IMG/VR virus record: IMGVR_UViG_3300050821_010764
Coordinates: 80,801-144,800 of that record
Origin: a virus
Reading direction: 5' to 3' (one strand)
DNA: 64,000 nt
This document shows, piece by piece, positions 26,663-36,022 of the stretch (the stretch's first letter is position 1; every line of letters starts with the position of its first letter). The notes beneath the pieces are model-generated. The model was not told the DNA's origin. It ran no database searches and saw nothing but the letters and a program-made list of their open reading frames with translations. The position numbers and the translations under genes are program-made.

Positions 26663-28104
26663 TGGCTCAAATTCTTCCACCACTCAATCTTGTTCCTAAT
26701 GCCCCAGGGACTCCTGTAGAAGGTCCAACCGGACCTCAGGGACCTGCTGGTCCGCCTGGCGCTCAAGGTCCAGCTGGACCTCCTGGTAGTGGGGGAAACG
26801 GTGGTGTCTTTGTCTATCGAGATTCAGAACCATCTCCATCAGGCAATGTGTTTGCTACTTGGGCAGGAGCTTATGCAGCCGCTCATGCTACAAAACAACC
26901 AGCTACAATCATCATCGATCAATCATTACATGCGTGCGCTATTCCAACTAATGCTGGCAATTTTGATCTCAGTATAATCTCTCTAGCAGCGATTAGTATT
27001 GACAATGGATCTACTCTAAACATCAATGATGGTGTAACATGGAATCAAGGAGTGCTAAAAATTAGTAATGGATTACAAGTCGTTACTCTATTTTCTTCTC
27101 CAACCACTGCACTTATAACACCAGTCAATGGTGTAAATATAATTCTTGAAAACGGTGGATCTCTTTTTGTTGGAAATATGGGACGCATTGTTGATACTGA
27201 TGTTAATGATGCCGGAGTTAATCTTTATGTCGGAAATAATTGCCAAGTAAGGGGACTTGGTGCCAATGGACAAGTCTTATGGGCTAATGGTAATGGTGGT
27301 GACATAGAAATCACTATTGTTGGAACAGAGGGCGTTAACATTGGCAATGATACGGTAGGCGGAACGTCTCGTGCTACCTTGAACATCAATGTTGAAAGTC
27401 TTTCTAGTGGAAATGTCAGTAATAATGTATTTCCTGGTTCTGATACTAACAATCCAGCAGTTTGGCCATTTTATACGGGAAATACTCCTAGATATAATTA
27501 TTACCAATCTACACAGAACTCTTTGCCATTTGTAAGCGGTTCAATCGCAGGACCACCAACTAATCCTTTTGTTCAACTTGGAACTATGCGTTATGATTCT
27601 GGACAAACTCAACCATTCTGGTGGAATGGAACTACATGGTCTACGGTCGCATATGAACCCGACTATCTGATGGCAACTTTAGCTGCTCCACAGACTACAG
27701 GTCTTACCACGGGTGGGCACGTCAATTTTGATACTGTTCTAGCTAATCGAACCAACCAAGCAGGATACTCTTCTAATGGCAGGCTCTTCATTAACTATTT
27801 TGCCGGGTTCACTACCACAATTAAAGTTATTGGAAATCCTGGCTACTGTGATGGAACTATTTTTTATCAGTGGTGGGACCTAACTAATAATGTGGGCATC
27901 GGCAATGTGGCAAGTAATCTTGTCAATGGTGGCATTTGTCCTGATGTGGTAGCTATTTTGCCCAACACTTATAGTAATGTCAGTATTTTTCTTGAATTAC
28001 GACTGAGATTCGTTAGCTCAGCTACCACCATTGGCGCAACCGGACCCGCTGGAACCGTAATTCTACCTTGGGTTACGCTTGAAGCCATTGGAACCTTCCA
28101 ATAA
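26662..28104 (+). CDS. Collagen-repeat fibre protein with beta-rich body
   Basis: Short (G-X-Y) run GPTGPQGPAGPPGAQGPAGPPG; Asn/Gly-rich beta region; TAATG coupling. Confidence 0.65.
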   Translation: MAQILPPLNLVPNAPGTPVEGPTGPQGPAGPPGAQGPAGPPGSGGNGGVFVYRDSEPSPSGNVFATWAGAYAAAHATKQPATIIIDQSLHACAIPTNAGNFDLSIISLAAISIDNGSTLNINDGVTWNQGVLKISNGLQVVTLFSSPTTALITPVNGVNIILENGGSLFVGNMGRIVDTDVNDAGVNLYVGNNCQVRGLGANGQVLWANGNGGDIEITIVGTEGVNIGNDTVGGTSRATLNINVESLSSGNVSNNVFPGSDTNNPAVWPFYTGNTPRYNYYQSTQNSLPFVSGSIAGPPTNPFVQLGTMRYDSGQTQPFWWNGTTWSTVAYEPDYLMATLAAPQTTGLTTGGHVNFDTVLANRTNQAGYSSNGRLFINYFAGFTTTIKVIGNPGYCDGTIFYQWWDLTNNVGIGNVASNLVNGGICPDVVAILPNTYSNVSIFLELRLRFVSSATTIGATGPAGTVILPWVTLEAIGTFQ

Positions 28105-28121
28105 TCTGATATAGTGAGAGC

Positions 28122-28451
28122 ATGAGAAAGAGTAAGCTAATCAAGAACAAATGCGAGATTGAGTCGTGCACCGTCACTGACCCTCAGCTACTAGAATTGC
28201 ATCATATTGTAGAAAGAACCGAAGTCAATACCACTAATAATACTTTTAATTTAGCTATTTTATGTGGTAATTGTCACGCATTAACCCATACAGGAAGATT
28301 GAAGATTATTGGAGTTTATCCATCAACTCAATTACCTAATGGAAGAACCATAATCTACGAATTAGATGGCAAAAGAAATATTGAAGGTATTGATAAGCCC
28401 TATGTTGAGTTTAAGAATAAGTCGTTTAAGTTGTTTGGAGAAAGTAAATGA
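28122..28451 (+). CDS. HNH endonuclease
   Basis: CEIESC..LELHHI..N...NLAILCGNCHALTH. Confidence 0.85.
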   Translation: MRKSKLIKNKCEIESCTVTDPQLLELHHIVERTEVNTTNNTFNLAILCGNCHALTHTGRLKIIGVYPSTQLPNGRTIIYELDGKRNIEGIDKPYVEFKNKSFKLFGESK

Positions 28452-28771
28452 GTAAAAATATTGATAAGTCTTTCCTGCGAGATGTTGGTGGTTCTGTTGA
28501 AAAGATTGATGCCTCTGATCCAAATAATTTAAGTAACAAGGTGCTACAAGAACGAGAAACTCGTAGCAGATTGCTTACACATGCTCGTCAATTGGGGTGT
28601 GAAAGAGAAATGTTATTGCTCTTTGCAAAATATGATAAGTTGTTACGCAATTGTACCAATGAAAAAGAGAGATCGGATATGGCTAAACTAGGAGCCGTAG
28701 ATATGTATAGGCTACTAGGTGGTGGCGGCGAGTTGTACGTTGATGGACAACTTGTTTGTAAAGAAAGCTAA
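28448..28771 (+). CDS. Hypothetical protein
   Basis: GGAG RBS, ATGA overlap. Confidence 0.6.
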   Translation: MSKNIDKSFLRDVGGSVEKIDASDPNNLSNKVLQERETRSRLLTHARQLGCEREMLLLFAKYDKLLRNCTNEKERSDMAKLGAVDMYRLLGGGGELYVDGQLVCKES

Positions 28772-28780
28772 GGAAATACA

Positions 28781-29017
28781 ATGAGTGCTAATGAAAAGTT
28801 TGTTGGTGAAGTGCTATGGTTCGACCCGAAGAGGGGTTTCGGATTTATTGGATGGGAGAAGGATGGAGTCAAGCAAAAAGATTTGTTTGTCCACTTCTCG
28901 GATATCTCTTGTGAAGGATTCAAAACCCTCTACAAGGCTCAAAAGGTGTCCTTCGGTCTTGGCGTTAATGTGCGCGGAGATCCAAAGGCAACCGAAGTCG
29001 AAATCCTGAAGAATTAA
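28781..29017 (+). CDS. csp: Cold-shock domain protein (CspA family)
   Basis: G.V.WF...RGFGFI (RNP1), DLFVHFSDI (RNP2), GFKTL. Confidence 0.92.
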   Translation: MSANEKFVGEVLWFDPKRGFGFIGWEKDGVKQKDLFVHFSDISCEGFKTLYKAQKVSFGLGVNVRGDPKATEVEILKN

Positions 29018-29410
29018 TTACTTCTTGACGATGAAAATTTGAATGATTTGGATTATTAGTGATAATAGTCCGGTTAAGAATAAGACTTGAATCTTGAAGA
29101 TGTCTCTATTGGTTTCTTCTGATTGTTTAATCAGTTTGTCCATTTTAAGATCGTGTTCTATTTGAGTTTTGCGAATATCAGCAACTGATGCTGTAATTTC
29201 TTTATTCTTTTCGTGTAAAGTTTTCTTAACTTCAATGGCGGTTTCGTTAACTTCCATTTGAGTTTTACGAATATCAGTTAATACTTCAATAATTTCTTCA
29301 TTCTGTTCAACAACAGATGTTTCAATCTCAATAGCTTTTTTATTGACTTCTAGAATTAATTCCAGGTCGTGTTTTTTGATATTTTCGTTGGGATTTATCT
29401 TGTCGACCAT
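29018..29410 (-). CDS. Coiled-coil protein with C-terminal TM helix
   Basis: GAGGA RBS; duplicated DIRKTQ; IQVLFLTGLLSLIIQIIQIFIV. Confidence 0.65.
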   Translation of the reverse strand: MVDKINPNENIKKHDLELILEVNKKAIEIETSVVEQNEEIIEVLTDIRKTQMEVNETAIEVKKTLHEKNKEITASVADIRKTQIEHDLKMDKLIKQSEETNRDIFKIQVLFLTGLLSLIIQIIQIFIVKK

Positions 29411-29424
29411 GGTTCCTCATCTGG

Positions 29425-29598
29425 TTATTTCTTTTCGTTCTTCTTTTCTTTCCTGACTTTAATTTTGGTGATAACTTTATCACATTTTTCATTTAACTTT
29501 TCATAATCTTCCAATATTTCTGATTCCACATTCTCTGTTTGTGATGGGATACTAGAAATAACCATTTCAATAGCTGTGCTTAATTGTTTACGTTGCAT
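29425..29598 (-). CDS. Small hypothetical protein (57 aa, MQRKQLSTAIEMVISS...KKNEKK), absent from the ORF track
   Basis: Read manually; fills the gap between two minus-strand genes; AAGGTG upstream. Confidence 0.6.
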   Translation of the reverse strand: MQRKQLSTAIEMVISSIPSQTENVESEILEDYEKLNEKCDKVITKIKVRKEKKNEKK

Positions 29599-29600
29599 GA

Positions 29601-29993
29601 TTACACCTTTGGAGGAAGTGGTTTCGTGTCTAAAACCACAATATCAGCATTTTCTTTGGCGAAATCCTCATCTGATAGATTCAGTTCGTCATAATACTCT
29701 TCTTTAATGCTGAAGGTTGATCTTTCTCTAGTTGGAATGAACGTCTCCCTATCAAAAGGAATATTCATTTTGGTAACTATGGGTGCCATTTGACGCACTG
29801 TAAGTGCGTTTCTTTTGCTAAAAATGGAGCCGGAGGTTTTGGACTTCTCTAACTGTTCCAATGTATAGTCGTAGTGTCTTTTATCCAATAAATTGATAGA
29901 CGAAAGGGCTTTAACTGTCAGATTCAAATCTGCCAGACTAACATTTCGTTTAGAAAAATTGGTAAGCCAAAAGGCAGGTGGTTCTGGTTTCAT
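29601..29993 (-). CDS. Hypothetical protein
   Basis: 130 aa; preceded by GAATA-N5-ACATT on minus strand. Confidence 0.6.
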   Translation of the reverse strand: MKPEPPAFWLTNFSKRNVSLADLNLTVKALSSINLLDKRHYDYTLEQLEKSKTSGSIFSKRNALTVRQMAPIVTKMNIPFDRETFIPTRERSTFSIKEEYYDELNLSDEDFAKENADIVVLDTKPLPPKV

Positions 29994-30033
29994 GTAAGTA
30001 CACTATAATGTGAGCATATTCATAAATTGCCAC

Positions 30034-30048
30034 TAATAATGTAGTATA
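30034..30048 (+). promoter_or_regulatory. Putative late promoter TAATA-N5-GTATA
   Basis: Matches recurrent intergenic motif. Confidence 0.5.
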
Positions 30049-30062
30049 GAAAGAGGAGAATC

Positions 30063-30962
30063 ATGACAATTAAAGCGCGAGGCGAATTAATCGATGTCAC
30101 CGATCAGGTTAATTTAACTGTACAATTTAGAGATACCTCAGGGAACCCGGTGGATACCGACTCCTTCCCTACAATTTCTATTATTCAACCAAGCGGCTTG
30201 GTTGCCTTAGCTCCCACCTCGGCAGGAGTAGCTCGCATCGGCGTTGGCAAATACTCTTTCATTTACACAATTCCTATCAATGGTCCTTATGGCGTTTTCA
30301 ATGATGTCTGGGTTGGATTCATCAATGGATATCGAGTAGAAACCAATTTTGAGTTTATTGTTCTCCATACTCAGACTCCAGGCATCAACACAGACGGATA
30401 CGTTCATCTTGGAGATGATCCAGGTTTTGATTACTCCCAAGCCGCCATCAAGAATATCAATAAGCTATTGAAATCTTTGAAAGCCAGATTGAATAGCTCC
30501 GGTAAAGCTAAATCTACTGACGGATACGGCAATGTTATCTATGTCGACTGCGATATTTTCTCTGTCGACATGCTAGTTACCTTTTTAGCAACTGCTTTGT
30601 GGGATTTTAACCAAGTTCCCTTTTTTACTTTCTTCCAGTTCGATGACGATAGTTTCGTAGAACAATTCGGAGAAATTCTGGTCGAAGGCGCCACATTATA
30701 TGCTTTAGCATCTAAAGCATTGATTGAGCGTGGTCGTGAGTTTCAGGTTACTGATAATGGATTGAATTTCAATCCACCAACCGTCAGCGAATTGATGAAC
30801 ACTCAATATAGCACATTACTTTCTCATTATTGGGAGAAGTTAAAGTTCATCAAGGCAAGCTTGCGTCCAGCTCCAAGAGGCTTGGGTGTCTTCAGCATGA
30901 ACTCCGCTATCAACCCGGCTTTTGCTCGATTGAGACATCTTCGTGCAAGACGTCTTATTTAA
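30063..30962 (+). CDS. Head-tail adaptor/neck protein with N-terminal Ig-like domain
   Basis: GAGGAG RBS; DFNQ.P..T.F..helical domain..TDNG pattern of myophage neck proteins; position. Confidence 0.6.
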   Translation: MTIKARGELIDVTDQVNLTVQFRDTSGNPVDTDSFPTISIIQPSGLVALAPTSAGVARIGVGKYSFIYTIPINGPYGVFNDVWVGFINGYRVETNFEFIVLHTQTPGINTDGYVHLGDDPGFDYSQAAIKNINKLLKSLKARLNSSGKAKSTDGYGNVIYVDCDIFSVDMLVTFLATALWDFNQVPFFTFFQFDDDSFVEQFGEILVEGATLYALASKALIERGREFQVTDNGLNFNPPTVSELMNTQYSTLLSHYWEKLKFIKASLRPAPRGLGVFSMNSAINPAFARLRHLRARRLI

Positions 30963-31536
30963 TTTTCTCAATCGTTACTTGCGATTGTTTATCTAGTAGT
31001 TTATACTTTCCTTGGAAGACTGACAAGAAAGCATCAATAGCTAGTTTAGGTCTATCCAGTAGTTGTGGGGCTAGGCTCCATTGATAGTCATCAAAGGTCA
31101 TGATGCCGCCCGCCCTTAGCAGTCCCCAAGATAAGACGGCATCTTCCAAGACGGCAGCAGCATTATGAGCGCCATCAATGTAGATAAAATCATAAGCTGT
31201 GGTGGGAAGCTTCCTCAAAATGTCCTGAGAATCTCCGCTCATCTTCTGTACTGCATTAGGTCTACCCAATGCAGCTATGTTATGGTCGAAGTTACTCTCC
31301 ATTAAAGATGGATCTAGTTTCAAACCTTGGGCTTGAAATGACCAATTATCAATACAGTCTATGAAACTAGTAGAATGTGTTAATACATTTTGTAATAACC
31401 AAACCGCCGCTCGCCCCTCAAAGGTTCCTATCTCTAGAAAAGTTAGATTGGGTTGATCAATAAATTTTGCTAGGTTCTTTTTCCACTGTGGAATGTGTTG
31501 CGAGAACCAATCTTGGGAAAACTTAAATTCAGGCAT
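30955..31536 (-). CDS. Class I SAM-dependent methyltransferase (Methyltransf_24-like)
   Basis: LEIGTFEG, CIDNW, DFIYIDGAH, GGIMTFDDY. Confidence 0.88.
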   Translation of the reverse strand: MPEFKFSQDWFSQHIPQWKKNLAKFIDQPNLTFLEIGTFEGRAAVWLLQNVLTHSTSFIDCIDNWSFQAQGLKLDPSLMESNFDHNIAALGRPNAVQKMSGDSQDILRKLPTTAYDFIYIDGAHNAAAVLEDAVLSWGLLRAGGIMTFDDYQWSLAPQLLDRPKLAIDAFLSVFQGKYKLLDKQSQVTIEKIK

Positions 31537-32150
31537 TATCTATCTATTTTTCTTCGCTCATAAGAAGGGGTCAGATATTCTTGCGGCGGATTGTTAGCTA
31601 GCTTGCAAAACATTTCAGCTTTCTGTAACAACAAAGAATGTTTTTGTCTCTCTGGACCTTTTAACGGAAAGGTAATGAAAATACGATCATCTCCATGATC
31701 TCCGCCCCATAAAACAAGCTCTTGAACAGAAAATTCTACCGGGTCAATCTTGAAATCATCTATTTCATCATCTGCATACGACAGAGTGATATGCGGTTTA
31801 TAGTCTTTGAAAGTTTTAGAGTATTCTATTTTGCAGTCATCGAACTCTTTAGCTAATTTCTCGTGTAGCTCATGTAATTCAGCTGATTTGACTCTAGCAA
31901 CGACGGCACACTTATCCTCACGTTTGGGAAAGCAAGTGACCTCATCAATTTCTGCTATAAAGGGTTTTACTTTGGAAACTACATCGTAAGTAGCTTCAAG
32001 AGCATGAGCTATTTCAGCAATAGGCCAATTTTCTTCAAAATGCAAAATAGTAATGTGCATATCGGACGGGGCAGTGTTTTTACCCGGCGTTTCAATGCCC
32101 GCTAATAAGCGTCCAGTTTCGTGAGGGATTCTAATTCCTAAAAAAGCCAT
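31536..32150 (-). CDS. 2H phosphoesterase (ThpR/LigT or Acb1-like)
   Basis: Two HxT motifs (MHITI, PHITL) with typical spacing. Confidence 0.85.
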   Translation of the reverse strand: MAFLGIRIPHETGRLLAGIETPGKNTAPSDMHITILHFEENWPIAEIAHALEATYDVVSKVKPFIAEIDEVTCFPKREDKCAVVARVKSAELHELHEKLAKEFDDCKIEYSKTFKDYKPHITLSYADDEIDDFKIDPVEFSVQELVLWGGDHGDDRIFITFPLKGPERQKHSLLLQKAEMFCKLANNPPQEYLTPSYERRKIDR

Positions 32151-32162
32151 GGTTACCTATGT

Positions 32163-32191
32163 ATCTTATATCCGGGCGTGCCCTTTGTCAA
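32163..32191 (-). promoter_or_regulatory. Sigma70-type promoter for 2H/MTase operon
   Basis: TTGACA-N17-TAAGAT, followed by AGGT RBS and ATG. Confidence 0.75.
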
Positions 32192-32224
32192 GATGGTAAA
32201 ATATGACTATTTTCGTATCGTCAT

Positions 32225-32746
32225 ATGGCTTCTAAAAACGATAAACTACCTCTATCCGCAGTTAAGAAACTGCCCTATAAGTCTTTGAATCGTATGATAA
32301 AGAAAATGAGGGAGTATCTTAAACATGATGGCGTGGTCCAAGAAATGTTTAAAGAGTATGGTGTGGATATCGCAGAAATTGACCTGATTCCCATGAAGTT
32401 TGGTAACTTAGATGTCTCTGCCAAAACTGATCATGGAGTTATTACTTTCAATTACAAATTACTAACTGATGGCGACTTTTTCAAGGACTTCTCTTACGGT
32501 GTCCATGAAATGACCCATTGGCTTCAGCAGACTACAGGCGATAAGCCTACGCAAAGTGCTGATGACGGAGAATATCTGGATAATCCATTCGAACAAGAGG
32601 GCTTCCAGAACCAAGTAGAGTATATTGCTAATCAATTTGGCAAAGATGAAGCCGAAAATTATGTGGATGACTTGCTAGATCATCATGATGTCGAAGGCAA
32701 AAAGGAATTTAAAGAAAAGAAAGAGACCTTGATGTCTAAAGTTTGA
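32225..32746 (+). CDS. Zincin-like metallopeptidase
   Basis: VHEMTHWLQ (HExxH) with downstream PFEQEG third-ligand-like Glu. Confidence 0.7.
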   Translation: MASKNDKLPLSAVKKLPYKSLNRMIKKMREYLKHDGVVQEMFKEYGVDIAEIDLIPMKFGNLDVSAKTDHGVITFNYKLLTDGDFFKDFSYGVHEMTHWLQQTTGDKPTQSADDGEYLDNPFEQEGFQNQVEYIANQFGKDEAENYVDDLLDHHDVEGKKEFKEKKETLMSKV

Positions 32747-32754
32747 GTAGAAGC

Positions 32755-32769
32755 TAATAAACTAGAATA
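32755..32769 (+). promoter_or_regulatory. Putative late promoter TAATA-N5-GAATA
   Basis: Ends 5 nt before ATG 32775; no SD. Confidence 0.5.
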
Positions 32770-32774
32770 ATAGT

Positions 32775-34739
32775 ATGGTTTTCTACCCTAATCCATCTAA
32801 TGTCGGAACTAATCAAGTATCTTCGCTTGGTGACGGATACACTATTAATGTTACCTGGTTTCCAGCCGAACATTCTGCTCCGAAAAACAAGATAGCCTAT
32901 CAAATTTACTACTCTATCGTCAAAGAGACTGTCTTTGCCGAAGGACCTAAGCTTGTTTCCATTGATGGCGCCACTTCCGCCAATATCATCGATTTAACTC
33001 CAGGACAAGACTATTTTATTGCGGTTAGACCTGTAGAATACGATCCAACCATTTTTGATTTGACTTTGCTCCCCATTGCTCATGATAATCTAAGGTTTTA
33101 CCCACACAGCATCCTAAGACACGATATGACAGCTGCCGATTTGGTGGTGCCACTTCTAGATGTAGAAGGCTTCCCTGATGCTGGAGTAGTTAAAGTAGGT
33201 GTCGAACTCATTAGATATTTGGCTATTGATCATGTCAATAACAACCTTGTTGTTCCTGCCGGTGGCGGAGGTGCTCAACCAGTTCGATTAGTGGACCAAG
33301 GTGGTGGTAATTTCTTTACCGCCTCTCCTTCCAATGTTGGTCATGGCTCTGTTACTAATTTAACTGCCGTCTCTGGTTCTGGTGGTCCAACTGAAACTTG
33401 GACTATTAAATGTGTTTTCGTGCAAAGAGATATGTCCAACAACCCAATGCCGGGCACTGCTCAGTTTATTGCTATTGGCACCGTCTCTGGTCAAAAATTA
33501 GATGTACACGGTAATCCATTTGTCTGGACTGCCAATGGAATGGTCGTCTCTAACGGTATTTTAAGTTTTTCCATTACTGAAACGGCTCCGCCATTTAGAC
33601 CAGGTGATTTATTCACTATCAAAGTAGCTGGAGCAGTCGCAGGTGCTGCGAGCGGGCGCGGCTATAACAATTCTACTGCCACTCTTCATACAGTGGGCGG
33701 CTCCGATGGACTTAATACTTGGGATCCAACTGTGCCACTATTTACAGTCGGAGAAGACTCCCGTTGGGACCTAATCTATATTTGCCAATCACGTTTCGAG
33801 TATCCTCATTTTCCATTTACCATGGTGGATGGTTATCACCAGGTTGCCAAAGATTTGCTATCCACAGATTTATCCGCAGCTGATGCTGCTAACGTTACTT
33901 TCCCGGCATTCGACTTCGCAGGATATCATAGAACTGATCCAGTACAATTATTGAATGGTACTTGTGTAGGCAGCTACATTGGTGGAGAAATGGGTTGTAT
34001 TGATGGATATGGTAACGTACAAATTCTAAGAGGGTTTTCCTTACAAGATCAAAATACTCAGAGACAAGATGTCTTGCTATCGGTAACTGGTAAGCCAGCT
34101 GTTTTGATTAAGAGGGTGCAGACCGGAATTACTTGTAATTGTTATCTTCCATCTAGCGAGCATCCAGATGATAGATGTCCATTTTGCTATGGTACCAAAT
34201 TTGTTTTCGGTTACGAGCAATATTTTAATCCGCGCCGTTCTGATGGTAGAATTTTGGTTAGACCAGGACCAACCGAAGAAAGTTTAAAACGATATGAAGC
34301 CGGTATGGAGTCAGAGTTTCCATTGGACTTGTGGACACTAACTGTTCCCACTATCAAGATGAGAGATATCATTGTAATGTTTGACCAGGATGACAATGAA
34401 GAGTTTAGATATGAAGTGGCGGGTGTCATTAGAAACAATACCATCAATGGTCTAGATGGTGGTCAACATTTCAAGGTGATTAGAATTAGAAAGTTTGACC
34501 CAGCTTATCAAATCAGAATATTTAGAAATACTGCGGACTTCCCAAGCAAGCTGAATACTAGCATTGGATTCGTTCCTGGTATTCCTCCTCATACTCATGA
34601 GATCGTCATAAATGAGAAGATTATGTCGGTCAATCAAATAAATCAAACTACAGCGGTTTCACAGGGACATAATCATCCAATCGTCAATGGACAGGTTATG
34701 GAAGCGCTAGGGCATACCCACACTATCATCTTGCCGTAA
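32775..34739 (+). CDS. Neck/head-closure protein with FN3 domain, sheath-like insertion domain, Zn-finger and His-rich tail
   Basis: FN3 pattern (W..YQIYY..LTPGQDY.IAVR); C.C..CPFCYGT.FV.GY; WT...P.IK.RD.I..RYEV head-closure-like barrel; HTH/HNH/HTH C-terminus. Confidence 0.6.
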   Translation: MVFYPNPSNVGTNQVSSLGDGYTINVTWFPAEHSAPKNKIAYQIYYSIVKETVFAEGPKLVSIDGATSANIIDLTPGQDYFIAVRPVEYDPTIFDLTLLPIAHDNLRFYPHSILRHDMTAADLVVPLLDVEGFPDAGVVKVGVELIRYLAIDHVNNNLVVPAGGGGAQPVRLVDQGGGNFFTASPSNVGHGSVTNLTAVSGSGGPTETWTIKCVFVQRDMSNNPMPGTAQFIAIGTVSGQKLDVHGNPFVWTANGMVVSNGILSFSITETAPPFRPGDLFTIKVAGAVAGAASGRGYNNSTATLHTVGGSDGLNTWDPTVPLFTVGEDSRWDLIYICQSRFEYPHFPFTMVDGYHQVAKDLLSTDLSAADAANVTFPAFDFAGYHRTDPVQLLNGTCVGSYIGGEMGCIDGYGNVQILRGFSLQDQNTQRQDVLLSVTGKPAVLIKRVQTGITCNCYLPSSEHPDDRCPFCYGTKFVFGYEQYFNPRRSDGRILVRPGPTEESLKRYEAGMESEFPLDLWTLTVPTIKMRDIIVMFDQDDNEEFRYEVAGVIRNNTINGLDGGQHFKVIRIRKFDPAYQIRIFRNTADFPSKLNTSIGFVPGIPPHTHEIVINEKIMSVNQINQTTAVSQGHNHPIVNGQVMEALGHTHTIILP

Positions 34740-34740
34740 G

Positions 34741-34755
34741 TAATAAAGTCACATA
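34741..34755 (+). promoter_or_regulatory. Putative late promoter TAATA-N5-ACATA
   Basis: Matches recurrent intergenic motif. Confidence 0.5.
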
Positions 34756-34779
34756 ATACTAGTAAATTGAGGCACATAT

Positions 34780-36012
34780 ATGAGCGATCCTTTAGTTCCT
34801 AACTTCAAAAAAGGTGTTGGCAGATTAGCCACTGATCGATTTGATTTTGAAGATCATGTCGAAGGGAAGAGATTTAGGCATAAGGCTAACCAAATAGATT
34901 TATTTCCTACTGTTGTAGTTGCTACCGTTCCCCAAACCAATGTTCAAGGTGCTATTGCCGCTCTAGCAGCAGCCGTTGGTACTCCTGTTGTTCCAGACGC
35001 TACCACCTCAGCTAAAGGTATTGTTCAGTTAGCTGGAGATATCGGTGGAACTGCCATCAATGTTATAGTGACTAGAATTCAGGCGAAGCCTATTAGTACA
35101 GTGGTTCCTAATACCAATGATGTATTAACTTGGAACGGATCTACCTGGACACCAGCACCTATTGTTAGCTCATTCATTCCAAATAACGATCTTTCTGGAA
35201 GCAATGTTAGTCAAAATGTTATTGGTTTAACTGGAACTGGAACTAGCCCTAATGCTACTGTTAGCGCTAAATGTGATATCATTAATTTTGCTGCTTCAAC
35301 CATACCATTTATTGAGCAGGCAAGAGCCAGTGCCGGAGATGGTGGTAATTTTACTATTCAAGCACAGGGTGGAAATTTTGCTGATTCTGGACATGGTGGA
35401 AGTCTTATATTGCACGGCGGCGGAGACGGATTTGAATCTCATGTTAATGGTGGTGTTGCCATGTTGTTGGGTGATGGCACTTACATGGTAGAGAGCGTTG
35501 GAGTTGATAATAGCGGTTCTGGAAGTAAAGTTCTTTCTTTGCTTGCTAATAGCGCGATTACTTCTACTCAAATGCCAGCCAACACTGGCAGTAGAGTTAT
35601 TTACATTTCTGACACCGGTATTCCACCAGGTTCTGGTATTCCAGTTGGTGGAACTATTTTGTTTTCAGCTGGCGGCAAATTATCTATAAAACAAGGAGAT
35701 GGTGCCCAATTTGTTATCTCTCCAAATTATTTGCCGACCCGAACTATCACGGGCAACTACGCCATGACCGTAACTGATGTTGTTATTTTAGTGGACACTA
35801 GCTCTCTGTCTATCTCAGTCACTTTACCCGTACCAGAATCAGGCAGAAGAGTTGTTGTTAAGGACTCCAAAGGTTTTGCTGCGACACGTAATATTTCCAT
35901 ACTAAGATTTGGAGTTGAAAAGATTGAAGGATTAGCCGCCACTAAATTAATAACCGCTAACTGGGGATCTGTTACACTTGATTCTGATGGTACGGACTGG
36001 TTCATAGTCTAA
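34780..36012 (+). CDS. Tail fibre-like protein
   Basis: DATTSAKGIVQLAGD fibre repeat; VLTWNGSTW; C-terminal VTLP..GR.VVVKD..SDGTDW domain. Confidence 0.7.
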   Translation: MSDPLVPNFKKGVGRLATDRFDFEDHVEGKRFRHKANQIDLFPTVVVATVPQTNVQGAIAALAAAVGTPVVPDATTSAKGIVQLAGDIGGTAINVIVTRIQAKPISTVVPNTNDVLTWNGSTWTPAPIVSSFIPNNDLSGSNVSQNVIGLTGTGTSPNATVSAKCDIINFAASTIPFIEQARASAGDGGNFTIQAQGGNFADSGHGGSLILHGGGDGFESHVNGGVAMLLGDGTYMVESVGVDNSGSGSKVLSLLANSAITSTQMPANTGSRVIYISDTGIPPGSGIPVGGTILFSAGGKLSIKQGDGAQFVISPNYLPTRTITGNYAMTVTDVVILVDTSSLSISVTLPVPESGRRVVVKDSKGFAATRNISILRFGVEKIEGLAATKLITANWGSVTLDSDGTDWFIV

Positions 36013-36022
36013 AGGAAATTCC

